Shown here in pieces: positions 50,256 through 61,660 of a DNA stretch of 64,000 bases (its first letter is position 1; each line of letters starts with the position of its first letter). The notes under the pieces were generated by a model that worked only from the letters and a program-made list of their open reading frames with translations, ran no database searches and was not told where the DNA came from. A program made the translations under genes and the position numbers. The DNA comes from Candidatus Hydrogenedentota bacterium (GTDB lineage Bacteria > Hydrogenedentota > Hydrogenedentia > Hydrogenedentales > SLHB01), in the NCBI GenBank assembly GCA_045863295.1, contig BTWA01000003.1, forward strand, positions 192,001 through 256,000, given 5' to 3'.

Positions 50256-53200
50256 TTATCGCCACCACTTCATCAATTGAAGCGCGTTCGCCGTGGTCAC
50301 GTCAAACGCGAACTCGAACGGTCCGGGCATGGCCGATATCTTAACGAGCAAAGTATTCCGGCCCTGCTTCAGCACGTACGGGACAGCCTCGGGTGTCAAA
50401 GGAAGATGCCGCGACGGCGGGATCGCCTGATGAATCAGGGCCCCGTTCATCCACATCTTGACCGCATTCGGAGTCTTGATGAGCAGGTCCACTTCGTGGC
50501 GCGATGGCGCATGGATCTCCGCATACGCGTAAGCCGTGGCAGGTTCCCACATGCACTCCGGACCAAACGCGGGGAAACACGCCCGGCGCAAATCGAGGCG
50601 GAAACTCTCGTGCTCGGCGGCGTACCACCGCGCCCACGTGACCCGGCCCAGCGGGCCATCGTAAGCGGCATGCAAATCAATACGGTCTTCCGGACCCAAC
50701 ACGGTTTCGTGTCCATGCACAAACGGACCGGCGACCGACCAAACGCGCACCTTGGTCGCCTCGCGGCGCAACCATTCAATGCCTGTGCCGGGCAGCGTGG
50801 TTTCCTCGAGCGACGGCACGGATCGCCGGGCGAAGTGTTGGAGCATGTTAACGAAGAGCTTGCCGGCCACCGGGTCTTTGACAAGGTGCTCAAGGATGCG
50901 AAGGTGGGTAAACACAAGGCGCCCGGTTCCGAACCGCCTCACCAGGATATGCGTTCCCCAATGCGAACCCGCTTCGAGGGCTACGCGCGATCCGTCAAAC
51001 GAACCGCAGATGTCTTCATCGCCCGCTTCCTCGAATGTCCGAAGGGGGACGACATTCGCATAGGGCTGCCGCATGAACGTTCGGTTGGGCAGCCCCTCGG
51101 TAATGGGATGCAGCTTCGCGTAGTGGACGATTCCGGGAGTCACTCCGGCCGCCCATCGGCTAGTTGCCGTGATACCCGTGTCGATGTGCTCGGCCAAGTC
51201 GTTCCAGTCGTCCGGCACACCGAAGAACAGCGTAACGGCCCCGCCATAGGTTTCGGCCAACACTCGGGCCAGTTCTTCTTCGGGATAGGCGCGAATCGAA
51301 TTCGCAATCGGGGGCACAATATGAACCGGGGCCTGACTTTCCACGGATTTGACCAGCGCCTGGCAGACGTTTTGCCAATGGCGTGCCGGATCGACGACGT
51401 GAATTATATCCTCATACCGCGTGGCGGGTTGTGTTACGAAGAATTCGGCGGTACCTTCCGCAATGACTTTCATGCCCTGCATGATGCGCACAGTGAACTG
51501 ATGCGTCCCGGTGGAACCGGAAGCCGAAATCGATCCGGACCACAACTCCTTGCCGGATTTTGGCAATTTGACGTTTCGCTTCTTCTTCCACAACACCTGA
51601 TTGGTCGGTCCGACGACTTGCAACGAGAGGTCTGCACGGATGTCGATCCGATCGTCGTTGATCATGGTCACCTGCACGTCGACTTCGTCGCGCGGCGTGA
51701 GGTTGGTTCGATCCAAATAGATTGCCACGGATACCGGCTTGAGTGCGCGCTGCAAGACCTTGAACACCGGTTTGGGCTTTCCACCCGCGTCGATAAGGCC
51801 CATGCCACTGCCATCGGGGCAATCCCCCAATTCGGCGTACCATACCGAAGCCAGTTTGGGATTGGATCGAAGCGCTTCGATATACGATCGAATGGTCTCC
51901 GCCTGAATATCGCGAGTCGCCTGGGCCAACCCCGCGGCATCGCCCACTATGCGGTCGAGTTCCCGCTCGGCAATGCTGTCCGGACGCGAGGAATCCGGCT
52001 CCATGGAACCGTACCCCATGGCAATATGGACGGACATGCCTTCCTGTACACCGGCTTGTTGAAGCAGTGATCGTGCCGCGGGGTGGACAGGGGCGCGGTG
52101 CAGGCCAATGGATTCGACCGCAACTTCGGGCTCGTCGTGAAACGGTCTAAACATACGGGCGCACTCACCGGTCACATGCGCGGCGCGCTGCACCGGTACC
52201 ACAATTCGAGTGGGGTCCGCCTCGCGTGCGACGGATCGCACAGCCGCGGCAGCGTGATTCAGCGCGTCGTGGCACGCGGGATTGTAGGCTGAGGCCGCAT
52301 CCAAAAAATCCCAGGAAACCACGGAAGGATGATTTCGCGCGCGAACAACGGCGGCGCGGGCAGCGGCCTCGGCGCAGTTTTCTGTGTGAACACGATCCGC
52401 GGATACAGGCACAAACGCCTCATGAAAGATCAGTAGTCCGACTTCATCCGCCGCACGTAACGTATCCAACGACGGGATGCGTTGCGGAATTCGAATCGCA
52501 TTGAAACCCGCTTGTTTCGCAAGCGTTAGGTACGCGCGCGCATCATGCAACGGTTGCGGCCTGTACCAGACGCCCTTGACCAGATAGGGCCGGTTATTGA
52601 GAAAGTACCGGTTTTCCTTGATCGTGAATTCCCGCATGCCGAAGCAAACGCAATCCTCGTCCACCGTGGCGCCATCAATCAGGAGTTGAACTCGCAGCGT
52701 ATATACGACGGGCGTTTCCGGAGACCAGGATTGGAATTCCGGCAGATCGAGGGACAATGCGCCGGGCGCGCCTTCGGCAGACATGGCCGTGCCTTCCACG
52801 GCAATTCGAACCGTGCCGGGGACAGACGTGGTGATGGTGGCGGTCACTTTCTTGCGCCTGATGTCCGGCATCACCAACACATCGATCACGTGTCGGCTTG
52901 GCTTTCCACTAAGCACGGCATTGCCCAAAATGGCGGGCGGCGGGTCTTCCTGCGCAAATTGCATCTCGGGGATCTGGGATGAATGGGTGGTTGGAAGCGC
53001 TGCCACCCGCACGGCCAGACTAACTTTGCCCTTGGCCACGTTAGCTGCGAGGATTGCGGTTAGTGGTACGCCAATCCCTTCGCAGGATCCGACCTGTAGT
53101 CCATTGATCCAGGCGGTTGCGCTTCCATCGATGCCCTCGATGACGAGGAGGGCTGTACGATGGATCCACTCGTCGTCAAGCGTCAATTCTGCGAAATACC

Positions 53201-53342
53201 ACACGATACGGGCGTAGGCAGCCGAACCTTCGTGCGGGCCGGGGGGCTCGGTGTGCCAGTTCGCCGCGAGTCCACGATCGGTGGGATCGGGGACAACGCG
53301 CCAAGGACTTTCAAATGCCTTTGAGAGACGGAATGCGTTCAT
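50256..53342 (-). CDS. Glycoside hydrolase family 2-like protein, catalytic glutamates apparently lost
   Basis: WSPETPVVY, FGMREF, GFNAIR, ADEVGLLI, RNHPSVVSW; followed by DFLDA rather than ..GNE. Confidence 0.8.
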   Translation of the reverse strand: MNAFRLSKAFESPWRVVPDPTDRGLAANWHTEPPGPHEGSAAYARIVWYFAELTLDDEWIHRTALLVIEGIDGSATAWINGLQVGSCEGIGVPLTAILAANVAKGKVSLAVRVAALPTTHSSQIPEMQFAQEDPPPAILGNAVLSGKPSRHVIDVLVMPDIRRKKVTATITTSVPGTVRIAVEGTAMSAEGAPGALSLDLPEFQSWSPETPVVYTLRVQLLIDGATVDEDCVCFGMREFTIKENRYFLNNRPYLVKGVWYRPQPLHDARAYLTLAKQAGFNAIRIPQRIPSLDTLRAADEVGLLIFHEAFVPVSADRVHTENCAEAAARAAVVRARNHPSVVSWDFLDAASAYNPACHDALNHAAAAVRSVAREADPTRIVVPVQRAAHVTGECARMFRPFHDEPEVAVESIGLHRAPVHPAARSLLQQAGVQEGMSVHIAMGYGSMEPDSSRPDSIAERELDRIVGDAAGLAQATRDIQAETIRSYIEALRSNPKLASVWYAELGDCPDGSGMGLIDAGGKPKPVFKVLQRALKPVSVAIYLDRTNLTPRDEVDVQVTMINDDRIDIRADLSLQVVGPTNQVLWKKKRNVKLPKSGKELWSGSISASGSTGTHQFTVRIMQGMKVIAEGTAEFFVTQPATRYEDIIHVVDPARHWQNVCQALVKSVESQAPVHIVPPIANSIRAYPEEELARVLAETYGGAVTLFFGVPDDWNDLAEHIDTGITATSRWAAGVTPGIVHYAKLHPITEGLPNRTFMRQPYANVVPLRTFEEAGDEDICGSFDGSRVALEAGSHWGTHILVRRFGTGRLVFTHLRILEHLVKDPVAGKLFVNMLQHFARRSVPSLEETTLPGTGIEWLRREATKVRVWSVAGPFVHGHETVLGPEDRIDLHAAYDGPLGRVTWARWYAAEHESFRLDLRRACFPAFGPECMWEPATAYAYAEIHAPSRHEVDLLIKTPNAVKMWMNGALIHQAIPPSRHLPLTPEAVPYVLKQGRNTLLVKISAMPGPFEFAFDVTTANALQLMKWWR

Positions 53343-53424
53343 GCCTGCTTTCGCGCTGATGAAGGGGATGCGATGGATCGTACCGCGCATGGAGCGGCTG
53401 AATCAAGCACTAAAAACCGCTATG

Positions 53425-53937
53425 TCAATACGTTAGCGCGCCGACTAGCAGCATGGCAAAGCCGGCGAATGTTTTGGCGAAAAGTCCCGCGACCTTGCCC
53501 AGAGCCGCGCCGAATCCGGTCCAGGCGGCTTCTTTCAGTTGCTTTTCCATTTGAATGTATTCGTACAAGGTGGCGCCCGCGAATGCGCCGACCATGGCGC
53601 CTATTAGTGTGCCCACGATGGGAAACAGCGGGGAACCGAATACGGCGCCCAGAAGGCAGCCGACCAGCGCAGCCACTATGGAGCCCTTCCCTCCGCCAAA
53701 CTTGCTGGCGCCGAAGCCGGCCGCAAGCGTTTCGAGGATTTCGCCAAGGATAGCGAGCGCGAGCATGCCCCCCATTCCGATCCACCCGAAATGGTCGAAC
53801 CCGGTGATGGCCCAAAGCGCGGCCATGGCCCCCAAAATGATCCAATTGCCAAACAGGCCAAGCAAATCGAGCAGGATTCCGATTAGAATAGCCAGACCAA
53901 ATGTCGTCCAACCGAGGATGGCGAGCGCGATACTCAT
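53425..53937 (-). CDS. DUF456 family membrane protein
   Basis: Gly-rich TM helices, GASKFGG, GTLIGAMVGAF. Confidence 0.85.
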   Translation of the reverse strand: MSIALAILGWTTFGLAILIGILLDLLGLFGNWIILGAMAALWAITGFDHFGWIGMGGMLALAILGEILETLAAGFGASKFGGGKGSIVAALVGCLLGAVFGSPLFPIVGTLIGAMVGAFAGATLYEYIQMEKQLKEAAWTGFGAALGKVAGLFAKTFAGFAMLLVGALTY

Positions 53938-54042
53938 GAGGCGTACAACCTTGTCGATGAGGCGCGGGACGCAGCCCGGTACCCGCGCCGTGGAGTGACG
54001 GCACTCTAGCAAAGTCGGCGGACCGAATTCCAAGAAAGTACT

Positions 54043-55203
54043 TTGATGAACTGCACGACACAAGCAATTTGGAGCGGCGGAGCGTGGATTTTGGCGGGCT
54101 TAATGGCCTTCACCACGGATTTGACCGTGGACGAAATCTCCTTTCCCGGAATTGACGCCTTGCCTGTCCTGGAAATATTGCCGGATCCGCTAATGCTGGA
54201 TGGCAAGAAGGTTACGAGTGCTGAGGAGTGGAGTCGCCACCGAGAGCATCTTCGATCCTTGATGTTGCACTATGAATACGGACAAATCCCACCGCCTCCG
54301 GAATCGTTGACAGTGGAACCCCAGGACGAAGAGGTTGCGCTGGAGGGCAAGGCGTTGTTGCGGCGGTTCACGTTGCGACTGGGACCGGATGGGAGCGTTC
54401 CGGTGGAATGCGGCTACTATCTTCCTGCAAGCGGCCGCGGCCCGTTTCCGGTGATTGTCGCGGTTGATCCGGTTTTTGACGTTCATGTACGTCCGATTGC
54501 CGAGCAGGTGACTGGCCGGGGATTTGCATTTGCGGGCTTTCGGTATCTTGATGTGGCACGGGACGAACCGCAGCGGGATTCGGGCGTTTATGCGGCATAC
54601 CCCAATTTTGATTGGGGCACGATCGCGGCGTGGGCGTGGGGATGTTCGCGCCTGATAGATCACCTTGTCACCATTGATTCAATCGACCCGGAGCGCATTG
54701 TTGTCACGGGACATTCGCGCTGCGGCAAGGCTGCACTGCTATGCGGCGCCTTGGACGAACGGGTGGCCGTGACGGCACCCCACTGTTCCGGGGAAGGCGG
54801 CACGGGATCGCATAGGATTCAAGGGCCAGGCGCGGAATCCCTTGATGCGATTACGGATCCCCAGCGATTTCACTATTGGTTTCACCCGAGGCTGCGTGAG
54901 TTCGCATCAAATCCGCGTAAGCTGCCCTTTGACCAGCATTTCGTAATGGCCATGATAGCGCCGCGCGCGCTTGTGTGCGTGGAAGCGGACGAGGACCGAT
55001 GGGCCAATCCGTCGGGAGCGCGAATTATGGCCCAATCAGCAATGCCTGTATACGACTTGTTTGGAGCAAGGGAAAAGCTGGGGTATTACTTGCGAAAGGG
55101 AACACACGACCCGACGGCTGAATCGTGGCAGGCGATCATGGATTTTGGGGAATGTGTATTTCAGGGAAAAACGATTCCACCCGCCTATCGCGTAACCGAG
55201 TAA
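54043..55203 (+). CDS. CE15 glucuronoyl-esterase-like alpha/beta hydrolase
   Basis: AAWAWG.SR..D, GHSRCGK, DER, LPFDQH, APR, D.WANP. Confidence 0.85.
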   Translation: MMNCTTQAIWSGGAWILAGLMAFTTDLTVDEISFPGIDALPVLEILPDPLMLDGKKVTSAEEWSRHREHLRSLMLHYEYGQIPPPPESLTVEPQDEEVALEGKALLRRFTLRLGPDGSVPVECGYYLPASGRGPFPVIVAVDPVFDVHVRPIAEQVTGRGFAFAGFRYLDVARDEPQRDSGVYAAYPNFDWGTIAAWAWGCSRLIDHLVTIDSIDPERIVVTGHSRCGKAALLCGALDERVAVTAPHCSGEGGTGSHRIQGPGAESLDAITDPQRFHYWFHPRLREFASNPRKLPFDQHFVMAMIAPRALVCVEADEDRWANPSGARIMAQSAMPVYDLFGAREKLGYYLRKGTHDPTAESWQAIMDFGECVFQGKTIPPAYRVTE

Positions 55204-55209
55204 GTTGGA

Positions 55210-56136
55210 TCAGATACCATCGAACGGTTTTCCGTATCGTCCCAACGTGCGAGCACTATCGATGGACATGGGAAATCGTGTGGCGGGATACCGAACGAAC
55301 GAACAATGTCCATCCAGATACAGGACATTGCCGCCACCGGGAACATGCGAAAAATCGATGACCTTGGTAGTCGCATGGTCCCACATCAGGGGAATGGTAC
55401 TGGCGGCGGAGGTAGCTGCGGCTGCTGCATTGATGTTGGTGATAAGAAATCGTTCGATTCCTTCACGCAGCCTGAAGATGACGTTGCCGCCGCCGGCCTG
55501 GGTGCCGGCATGGACACTGGAAACCCGGAAATCCTCGTCGCTCGCGCGGCCGCCGGTGGCCACGTTGGCCAGGGCCAATTCTCCCCAGGGCGTGGAGAGA
55601 AACTCCGGTTCTTCGTGGCGGCCGTTGATGCCGGTACCTACCGTGCCGGTAAGCGGCCCGAGGATATTGATGTCGGCGGTGATCATGTACCCGGTGTAGT
55701 GATACGGCTCCTGCCCGATTTCTTCCGGCGTAATGACCCCGTCACCATTGCCTTTGCCCACGTCGTAGCGCTCGAGCATGTCGTTGGTGGCGGCCCAGGA
55801 AGGGCACCAGATAACGTTGTAGTCGTTCACGTATTCGGGAAACATGGCAGGGCCGTTGAACATCATCTCCACGCTGAGGTTTCCGAACACATTTCGAATT
55901 TGCCGCTGGGGGTACTTTCCCCGGCTCTCGCCGGCGTACATGGCAAGAGACAATCCGAGTTGTTTCAAGTTGCTTTGGCACGATGCGCGGCGAGCGGCTT
56001 CCCGGGCACGGGCCAACGCAGGCAGAAGTATGGCGGCCAGAATTCCGATGATCGCTATGACCACGAGCAGTTCTATAAGGGTAAATCCACCGCGCTTCTT
56101 CAGAGTGCTTCTTTCGAATTGAGCTCGCACTTGCAT
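55210..56136 (-). CDS. DUF1559 / prepilin-type protein
   Basis: [64 protein letters not shown] overlap with the upstream gene. Confidence 0.9.
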   Translation of the reverse strand: MQVRAQFERSTLKKRGGFTLIELLVVIAIIGILAAILLPALARAREAARRASCQSNLKQLGLSLAMYAGESRGKYPQRQIRNVFGNLSVEMMFNGPAMFPEYVNDYNVIWCPSWAATNDMLERYDVGKGNGDGVITPEEIGQEPYHYTGYMITADINILGPLTGTVGTGINGRHEEPEFLSTPWGELALANVATGGRASDEDFRVSSVHAGTQAGGGNVIFRLREGIERFLITNINAAAAATSAASTIPLMWDHATTKVIDFSHVPGGGNVLYLDGHCSFVRYPATRFPMSIDSARTLGRYGKPFDGI

Positions 56137-58790
56137 TAGTCGTCGTCCTCTTCGTCCCTGTCGGCAACCGCCCACGCTTCGCCCTTCGCAATAGGTCTTC
56201 TCGTCAATTGCGGATAGGGCGTATCGTATCCCTTCACGGAATGCCATATGACACGATTGAAGGTAGCCTCATCCGCACGGTCGATATCGTCGAGAGGCAT
56301 TTCGTTGGAGACCTTGGCCCAGTGCCGCTGTTTGCCTTTCAGGGACGACAAAGCTGGGTTCATTTCGTCGAGGGGAATTGTGTTTGGTTTGGCTACATAC
56401 GGTGTGAGATCAGGCGTATCCGTAAAGCAGCCGGACATGGGATTGGCCGCCATGTTCAGTTGATTCATGGGATCGAGTCCCAAAATGAGTTCCATGGTGC
56501 GCAACATGCTGTTCTGATTGTAGTGAGTGCTGTCCACGGAGCGTCTCTTAGTATACGGGCTGATGCAAAGGGCGACAGTCCGGTGTCCATCGACATGATC
56601 AAGTCCGGCTTGAGGGTCATCCTGGACAACGAAAATGGCTGTCTCCGGCCAGAAGCGGCTGTGGGAGACGGCCTCCACGATACGCCCGAGGGCGAGATCG
56701 TTGTCCGCGACCGCGGCGCGCGGCGTGGGCATGCCAGGACGTGTTCCGGATGTATGGTCATTGGGAAGCAACATGATCACGAAGTTGTACCACTCGCCTT
56801 TTTCCTCGCATGCGCGAAACTCCTTGAGAAACTCCTCTGCGCGATACACGTCCTGCACTTTACCTGGAAAACCGATGAACGTGGGGCAAATGTAGGGTTC
56901 AAGGCCGCGCACTTCGGTGGTCGCTCGTATGTCGATGGTTTTTTGTCCGTTCTTGTAGTCCCGGTAGATGTCGGTCCACGTGGCGTCATTGGGCGTAATG
57001 TGCGCTTTAACCATTTCGCCGTAGTTTCGAAACGTAAGGCCTTTCGCCAATACGTGGTCCCAGATAAAGCCGGAGGACGCATAGGCCAATGCGTCATCGC
57101 CATCATAGGGGTAGCTGCGGGTAAATCCGCCAAAGCTTTTTTCGATGTAGTCGGTAACATAGCCTTCGTTGGTCCACTGATGACCGTCCGCACTCAATAC
57201 GCCGTTACAGTAGAAATTATCCAGCAACACGAACTCCTCGGCGAGGGCATGGTGATTGGGCGTGACGTCCCGGCCGAAATGACAGAACTGGGGATCGCCA
57301 TTGCCCTGGGGCATATCACCGAACACCTGGTCGTAGGTCCGGTTCTCTTTGATGATGTACAAGACGTGTTTGATAGGAGATACTTCGCCCGGTCGTGACG
57401 GCACGGGAGTTACCGCCGCCGGAGCCTCTTTCATAGTGAGAATTCGATTCATCAAAGGCAAACGCATGTTGACCGCGGTTTGATAGGTAAACTCTTCGAG
57501 TTCGGAATCGCCGGGCACGGGAATGAAGGAGACAGACCCCATGTGCTCGTGGCTGTTGAACCCGCCCGGGGCCATGGGTTTGCCGAGGTGCTCGCTCAGT
57601 TGTTTGGTTACCTCCGAGTCGTCTTGTGCCCGGCTTCCCACGCCCTTGGTGTTGGCAACACAAAGCGTCGCGCCATCGCCCAACAGGCAAACGTCACCCG
57701 GGTACCATCCCGTGGGGATGAGACCGCGAACGCGCCCGTTGGCCGTGTCCAGAACGGCAATGCAGTTGTTGCCGCCGTTGGCTACATACAGGGTCTTACC
57801 GTCAGCAGATGCGGCAAGGGCGTTGGGGGCGCTGCCGAACGGCAGCGTATGCATTGGCTTCACTCCCCACCGATCCGTGACGGCGTGAGAGGCAAGGTCA
57901 ACCACAGAAACCGTATCGCTGTTCGCATTGGCTACAAAGAGACGCTTTCGATCCGGGGACAATCCCATGCCGCTGGGATGAAGATCGACCTCGATTTCGG
58001 CGGTTACCTGCCGCGTTTCCAAATCAATCACGGATACAGTGCCCGAACTTGCTATCCCCGCTTCATCGATAACCACTTCACTGCCGGACGATGGTCCCGT
58101 CAAGTCACCCGGCTTGGGCCTTCGGCCGCCCCAGTTGGTGACGTAGGCCCGGCTTCCATTCAGGAGCACATCAAAGGGCGCGATCCCGACCGGGATCGCG
58201 GCCTCGATCTTTCGAGCGGCCAGATTCACGACGACAATATCGTTGTTACGGCTTCGTGTGACATAAGCGATGTCATTGATCTCATCCAGGGCTATGCCCC
58301 CGGGGGTGGAGTTGTCGTCGCCCTTGGGACCCGGGAGTTCGATGGTCTCAACCCATGCCCACTTCCCAGTGGCATCCTGCTTTGCGCCGTACAGAAACTT
58401 TGACGCTGAAGTCGTCCAGACGATACCGGCCGCGCTCCAAGCGATTCCTCGGAAGCTGTTGCCTCCCTCAGGCAGTTTCAGCGTTTGGGTGACTTTCCGG
58501 GTTGAGGTATCGATGAATACAAGGTCGAGCCTGCCTTTGACCGCCACCGCGGAACCGTCCGGGCTGAGTGCGATTCCCGTTGGCCGGCCTGAAAACAACA
58601 CGGTTTCGCCCGCGGGAGCAATCCGTTGGGTAGTGGGAACGACGTAGGTCCCGTCGTCGGCGGGGCCTACGACGGCCTTAACAAGGAATTCATCGGGACC
58701 CTCTCGCAGAGCCGACTGGACACCACGCGGTTCTCGCGACGTGACACACCCCGTAATAATCAACAATCCGACAACCATAAGTTTTCGCAT
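56136..58790 (-). CDS. Bifunctional YncE beta-propeller / phosphoesterase (alkaline phosphatase superfamily) lipoprotein
   Basis: Lipobox ITGC; YVTN repeats; [35 protein letters not shown]. Confidence 0.9.
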   Translation of the reverse strand: MRKLMVVGLLIITGCVTSREPRGVQSALREGPDEFLVKAVVGPADDGTYVVPTTQRIAPAGETVLFSGRPTGIALSPDGSAVAVKGRLDLVFIDTSTRKVTQTLKLPEGGNSFRGIAWSAAGIVWTTSASKFLYGAKQDATGKWAWVETIELPGPKGDDNSTPGGIALDEINDIAYVTRSRNNDIVVVNLAARKIEAAIPVGIAPFDVLLNGSRAYVTNWGGRRPKPGDLTGPSSGSEVVIDEAGIASSGTVSVIDLETRQVTAEIEVDLHPSGMGLSPDRKRLFVANANSDTVSVVDLASHAVTDRWGVKPMHTLPFGSAPNALAASADGKTLYVANGGNNCIAVLDTANGRVRGLIPTGWYPGDVCLLGDGATLCVANTKGVGSRAQDDSEVTKQLSEHLGKPMAPGGFNSHEHMGSVSFIPVPGDSELEEFTYQTAVNMRLPLMNRILTMKEAPAAVTPVPSRPGEVSPIKHVLYIIKENRTYDQVFGDMPQGNGDPQFCHFGRDVTPNHHALAEEFVLLDNFYCNGVLSADGHQWTNEGYVTDYIEKSFGGFTRSYPYDGDDALAYASSGFIWDHVLAKGLTFRNYGEMVKAHITPNDATWTDIYRDYKNGQKTIDIRATTEVRGLEPYICPTFIGFPGKVQDVYRAEEFLKEFRACEEKGEWYNFVIMLLPNDHTSGTRPGMPTPRAAVADNDLALGRIVEAVSHSRFWPETAIFVVQDDPQAGLDHVDGHRTVALCISPYTKRRSVDSTHYNQNSMLRTMELILGLDPMNQLNMAANPMSGCFTDTPDLTPYVAKPNTIPLDEMNPALSSLKGKQRHWAKVSNEMPLDDIDRADEATFNRVIWHSVKGYDTPYPQLTRRPIAKGEAWAVADRDEEDDD

Positions 58791-58970
58791 ATTGGTCTCC
58801 CCCCGGGGTATCCAGCCCGCTTTCCGCCCTTACCGGCATCCGGTTTACAGGACTTCCGGACAATTATCAATAGGAATTGTTTACTCCGCGTCAGGGGACT
58901 TGGGGATTTCGCCATTGTGCGTTTGTTCAGTATACTGGCCGTTTCGGTAACTGGCATGAAAGGGAGCGGT

Positions 58971-60776
58971 ATGGCCAAGACGAAACGAATTCCGAAACGG
59001 TCCGAAGTACGCGAGAGCGACACGTGGGATCTTTCTGTCTTATTTAAGAATGATGAGGACTGGCACAAGGCACTCAAGAAGCAGGAAAAGAAAGTACCGC
59101 ACTTCGAGAAGTTTCGCGGCCGGCTTGGCGAGTCCCCCAACAAATTGCGGGAATGTTACCAGTTTGAAGCCCAATTCGATCTCGAAATGGAACGGATAGG
59201 CCATTACGCATTCTTGAAAGCCTCTGAGGATGTTTCAAACAGCACCTATCAGGGAATGGTCGCCCAGTACCGGCATCTGGCGACGGTGGCCTCGGAAGCG
59301 GCGAGCTTTATCGCTCCTGAGATTCAGCAGATTCCGGACAAGACCATGGCCGATTACCTGAAGTCAAAGGCACTGCAGGAATACCGGTTCTCGCTGGAGC
59401 GTCTCTTGCGTTACAAACCGCACATTCTGTCCGATAAGGAGGAGCGCCTCCTGGCGATGCAAGGCGAAGTGGCAGGTACGGCCGGGAAGGTGTTTGGGCA
59501 ATTGAACGACGCCGACTTGAAATTCGGATTCGTGAAAGATGAGCACGGCAACAAGGTTGAGCTGACGCACAGTTCCTACCGCGTTTTGCTGGAGTCTCGC
59601 AAGCGATCGGTGCGCAAGGAAGCGTTCCACAAGCTGTACGATTCCTATGAGCAGCACGCCAACACGCTTTCGGCGACGTTAAGCTCCTCTGTGTTGCAGG
59701 ACGTGTATTACTCCAAAGTGCGGAATCACGGATCCGCGCTTCAATCGGCGCTGTTTGGCGACAATGTTCCGGTTGCGGTTTACGACAATTTGATCGCAAC
59801 CGTGCATAAAAACCTGGATACGGTGTATCGCTATCTCGATTTGCGGCGGCGCGCGCTCAAGTTGAAGAAACTTCACGTTTACGACACGTATGTGCCGATA
59901 GTCGAGTTGAAGAGCGTGAAGACGCCTTACGAAAAGGCGGCCAGCCAGGTCTGTGATGCGCTGGCTCCGCTTGGGGACGAGTATGTAAAGGTACTTCGCA
60001 AAGGTCTTGGCGAGGCGCGCTGGGTGGATCGGTACGAAAACACGGGCAAGCGCAGCGGGGCCTTTTCCGCCGGCGGCTACGAAGGTCCCCCGTATATCTT
60101 GATGAACTACGAAGAGAGCACGATTGACAGCATGTTTACGCTGGCCCATGAAGCCGGGCATTCGATGCACACGTATTACAGTGCGCACAATCAGCCGTTT
60201 CACTACTACGATTACACAATCTTTGTGGCGGAGGTGGCATCCACGTTCAATGAGCTGCTGCTGAACAAACACTTAAAACAGCAGATCAAGCACAAGGACA
60301 TGCTGGCGTTTCTTTTGTGCCGCGAAATTGATGAGATCCGGGGCACACTGGTTCGCCAGACGATGTTCGCGGAATTTGAGAAAGTGCTTCATGGAATTGC
60401 CGAACAAGGGGAGCCGCTGACTCTGGCGAGAATTCGCGAGGAGTATGGGGCACTTTTGCTGCGTTATTTTGGATCGGCAATGGTAATCGACGAAGCCCTG
60501 ACGCTTGAGGGTCTTCGGATTCCGCATTTCTACAATGCGTTTTATGTCTACAAGTACGCAACGGGAATTTCAGCGGCCATCGCGCTTTCGCGCAAAGTGT
60601 TGGAGGGCGGCAAGGCGGAACGGGATGCGTACCTTCGCTTCTTGAAAGGCGGCGGTTCCAAATATCCACTGGATCTGTTGCGCGACGCGGGAGTGGATAT
60701 GTCGCAACCGGAGCCCATCGAAGCGGCCATGACCCACTTCGGAAACCTGGTGTCGCAACTGGAATCGATACTCTGA
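58971..60776 (+). CDS. pepF: Oligoendopeptidase F (M3B)
   Basis: WDLS, GKRSGAFS, TLAHEAGHSMH, AEVAS, RQTMFAEFE, RIPHFY..FYVYKYA. Confidence 0.95.
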   Translation: MAKTKRIPKRSEVRESDTWDLSVLFKNDEDWHKALKKQEKKVPHFEKFRGRLGESPNKLRECYQFEAQFDLEMERIGHYAFLKASEDVSNSTYQGMVAQYRHLATVASEAASFIAPEIQQIPDKTMADYLKSKALQEYRFSLERLLRYKPHILSDKEERLLAMQGEVAGTAGKVFGQLNDADLKFGFVKDEHGNKVELTHSSYRVLLESRKRSVRKEAFHKLYDSYEQHANTLSATLSSSVLQDVYYSKVRNHGSALQSALFGDNVPVAVYDNLIATVHKNLDTVYRYLDLRRRALKLKKLHVYDTYVPIVELKSVKTPYEKAASQVCDALAPLGDEYVKVLRKGLGEARWVDRYENTGKRSGAFSAGGYEGPPYILMNYEESTIDSMFTLAHEAGHSMHTYYSAHNQPFHYYDYTIFVAEVASTFNELLLNKHLKQQIKHKDMLAFLLCREIDEIRGTLVRQTMFAEFEKVLHGIAEQGEPLTLARIREEYGALLLRYFGSAMVIDEALTLEGLRIPHFYNAFYVYKYATGISAAIALSRKVLEGGKAERDAYLRFLKGGGSKYPLDLLRDAGVDMSQPEPIEAAMTHFGNLVSQLESIL

Positions 60777-61627
60777 TGGAACGTGCTCCCCTTTTGGTGT
60801 CTGCCCCTGATTCGCTGCAATTGATCTGCAGTGACGTATGGGGCGGCATCGATCGAGCGCGGCTGGATGTGAAAGCGCCTGGCCTGAACGGGTTGATTTA
60901 TGCCCATCCCAGTGGATCCCACAGGGGCGGTGATGTGTACTACCTTACGGCCTGCAGTGCAGGGCTGATGGCCCGGATGTGTCTTGCCGACGTGGCCGGA
61001 CACGGCGAACAGGTATCCGATTTCAGCACGTGGCTTCACAATGTGTTGAGGCGGCACATGAACCTACCGAAGCCGGACAAGATTCTGCAGCGTGTAAACC
61101 GTCTGGTAAACGCCAAGGGCGTGGAGGTCATGTCGACCGCGGCCGTGTTTACGTACTATGCGACCAACGGGACTCTGAATTTCGGGTACGCCGGCCACCC
61201 GCACGCGCTGGTCTATCGCGCCGATCGCGCGGTCTGGGAGGCGCTGAAAGCGCCGGCGTCGGAATCCGATTCACCGCGCAACGTAACATTCGGCGTCATC
61301 GAGGATGTCCACTACGATTTGGGATCGGTGAAGTTAAGCGAAGGCGATCGCTTCATCGTGTATTCGGACGGCGTGACCGAATCCATGAGCCCTGATCATC
61401 GTGTATTCGGCGACGAAGCATTGCTGAAGGTGCTGAGCCTGAACGCACGCGCGAGCAACCGGGAACTGGGCGATCGAATAGTGGAGGCGCTCTGCGCCCA
61501 CACGGAGAGCGCGGAACCTTCGCATGACGACGTAACATTCATGTTATTCGAGGTGGCACACCTCATGCGGGGATCGAAAACGTATCACTTTATGAAGAAT
61601 CGGGTTCGCAAGGCGTTGCGCCACTGA
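60776..61627 (+). CDS. Stand-alone SpoIIE/RsbU-type PP2C Ser/Thr phosphatase
   Basis: GGDVY, ADVAGHG, AGHP, YSDGVTE, HDDVT; TGATG overlap with pepF. Confidence 0.9.
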   Translation: MERAPLLVSAPDSLQLICSDVWGGIDRARLDVKAPGLNGLIYAHPSGSHRGGDVYYLTACSAGLMARMCLADVAGHGEQVSDFSTWLHNVLRRHMNLPKPDKILQRVNRLVNAKGVEVMSTAAVFTYYATNGTLNFGYAGHPHALVYRADRAVWEALKAPASESDSPRNVTFGVIEDVHYDLGSVKLSEGDRFIVYSDGVTESMSPDHRVFGDEALLKVLSLNARASNRELGDRIVEALCAHTESAEPSHDDVTFMLFEVAHLMRGSKTYHFMKNRVRKALRH

Positions 61628-61660
61628 CGGCGGGACGCCCATAACATCCGGGAGATTGGT

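Noticed and set aside
49113..52070. 985-aa plus-strand ORF (also 367..1935, 23434..25167, 25319..27382, 31190..32482, 44236..45606)
   Set aside because: Antisense shadows of well-supported genes, expected in GC-rich DNA, with no motifs
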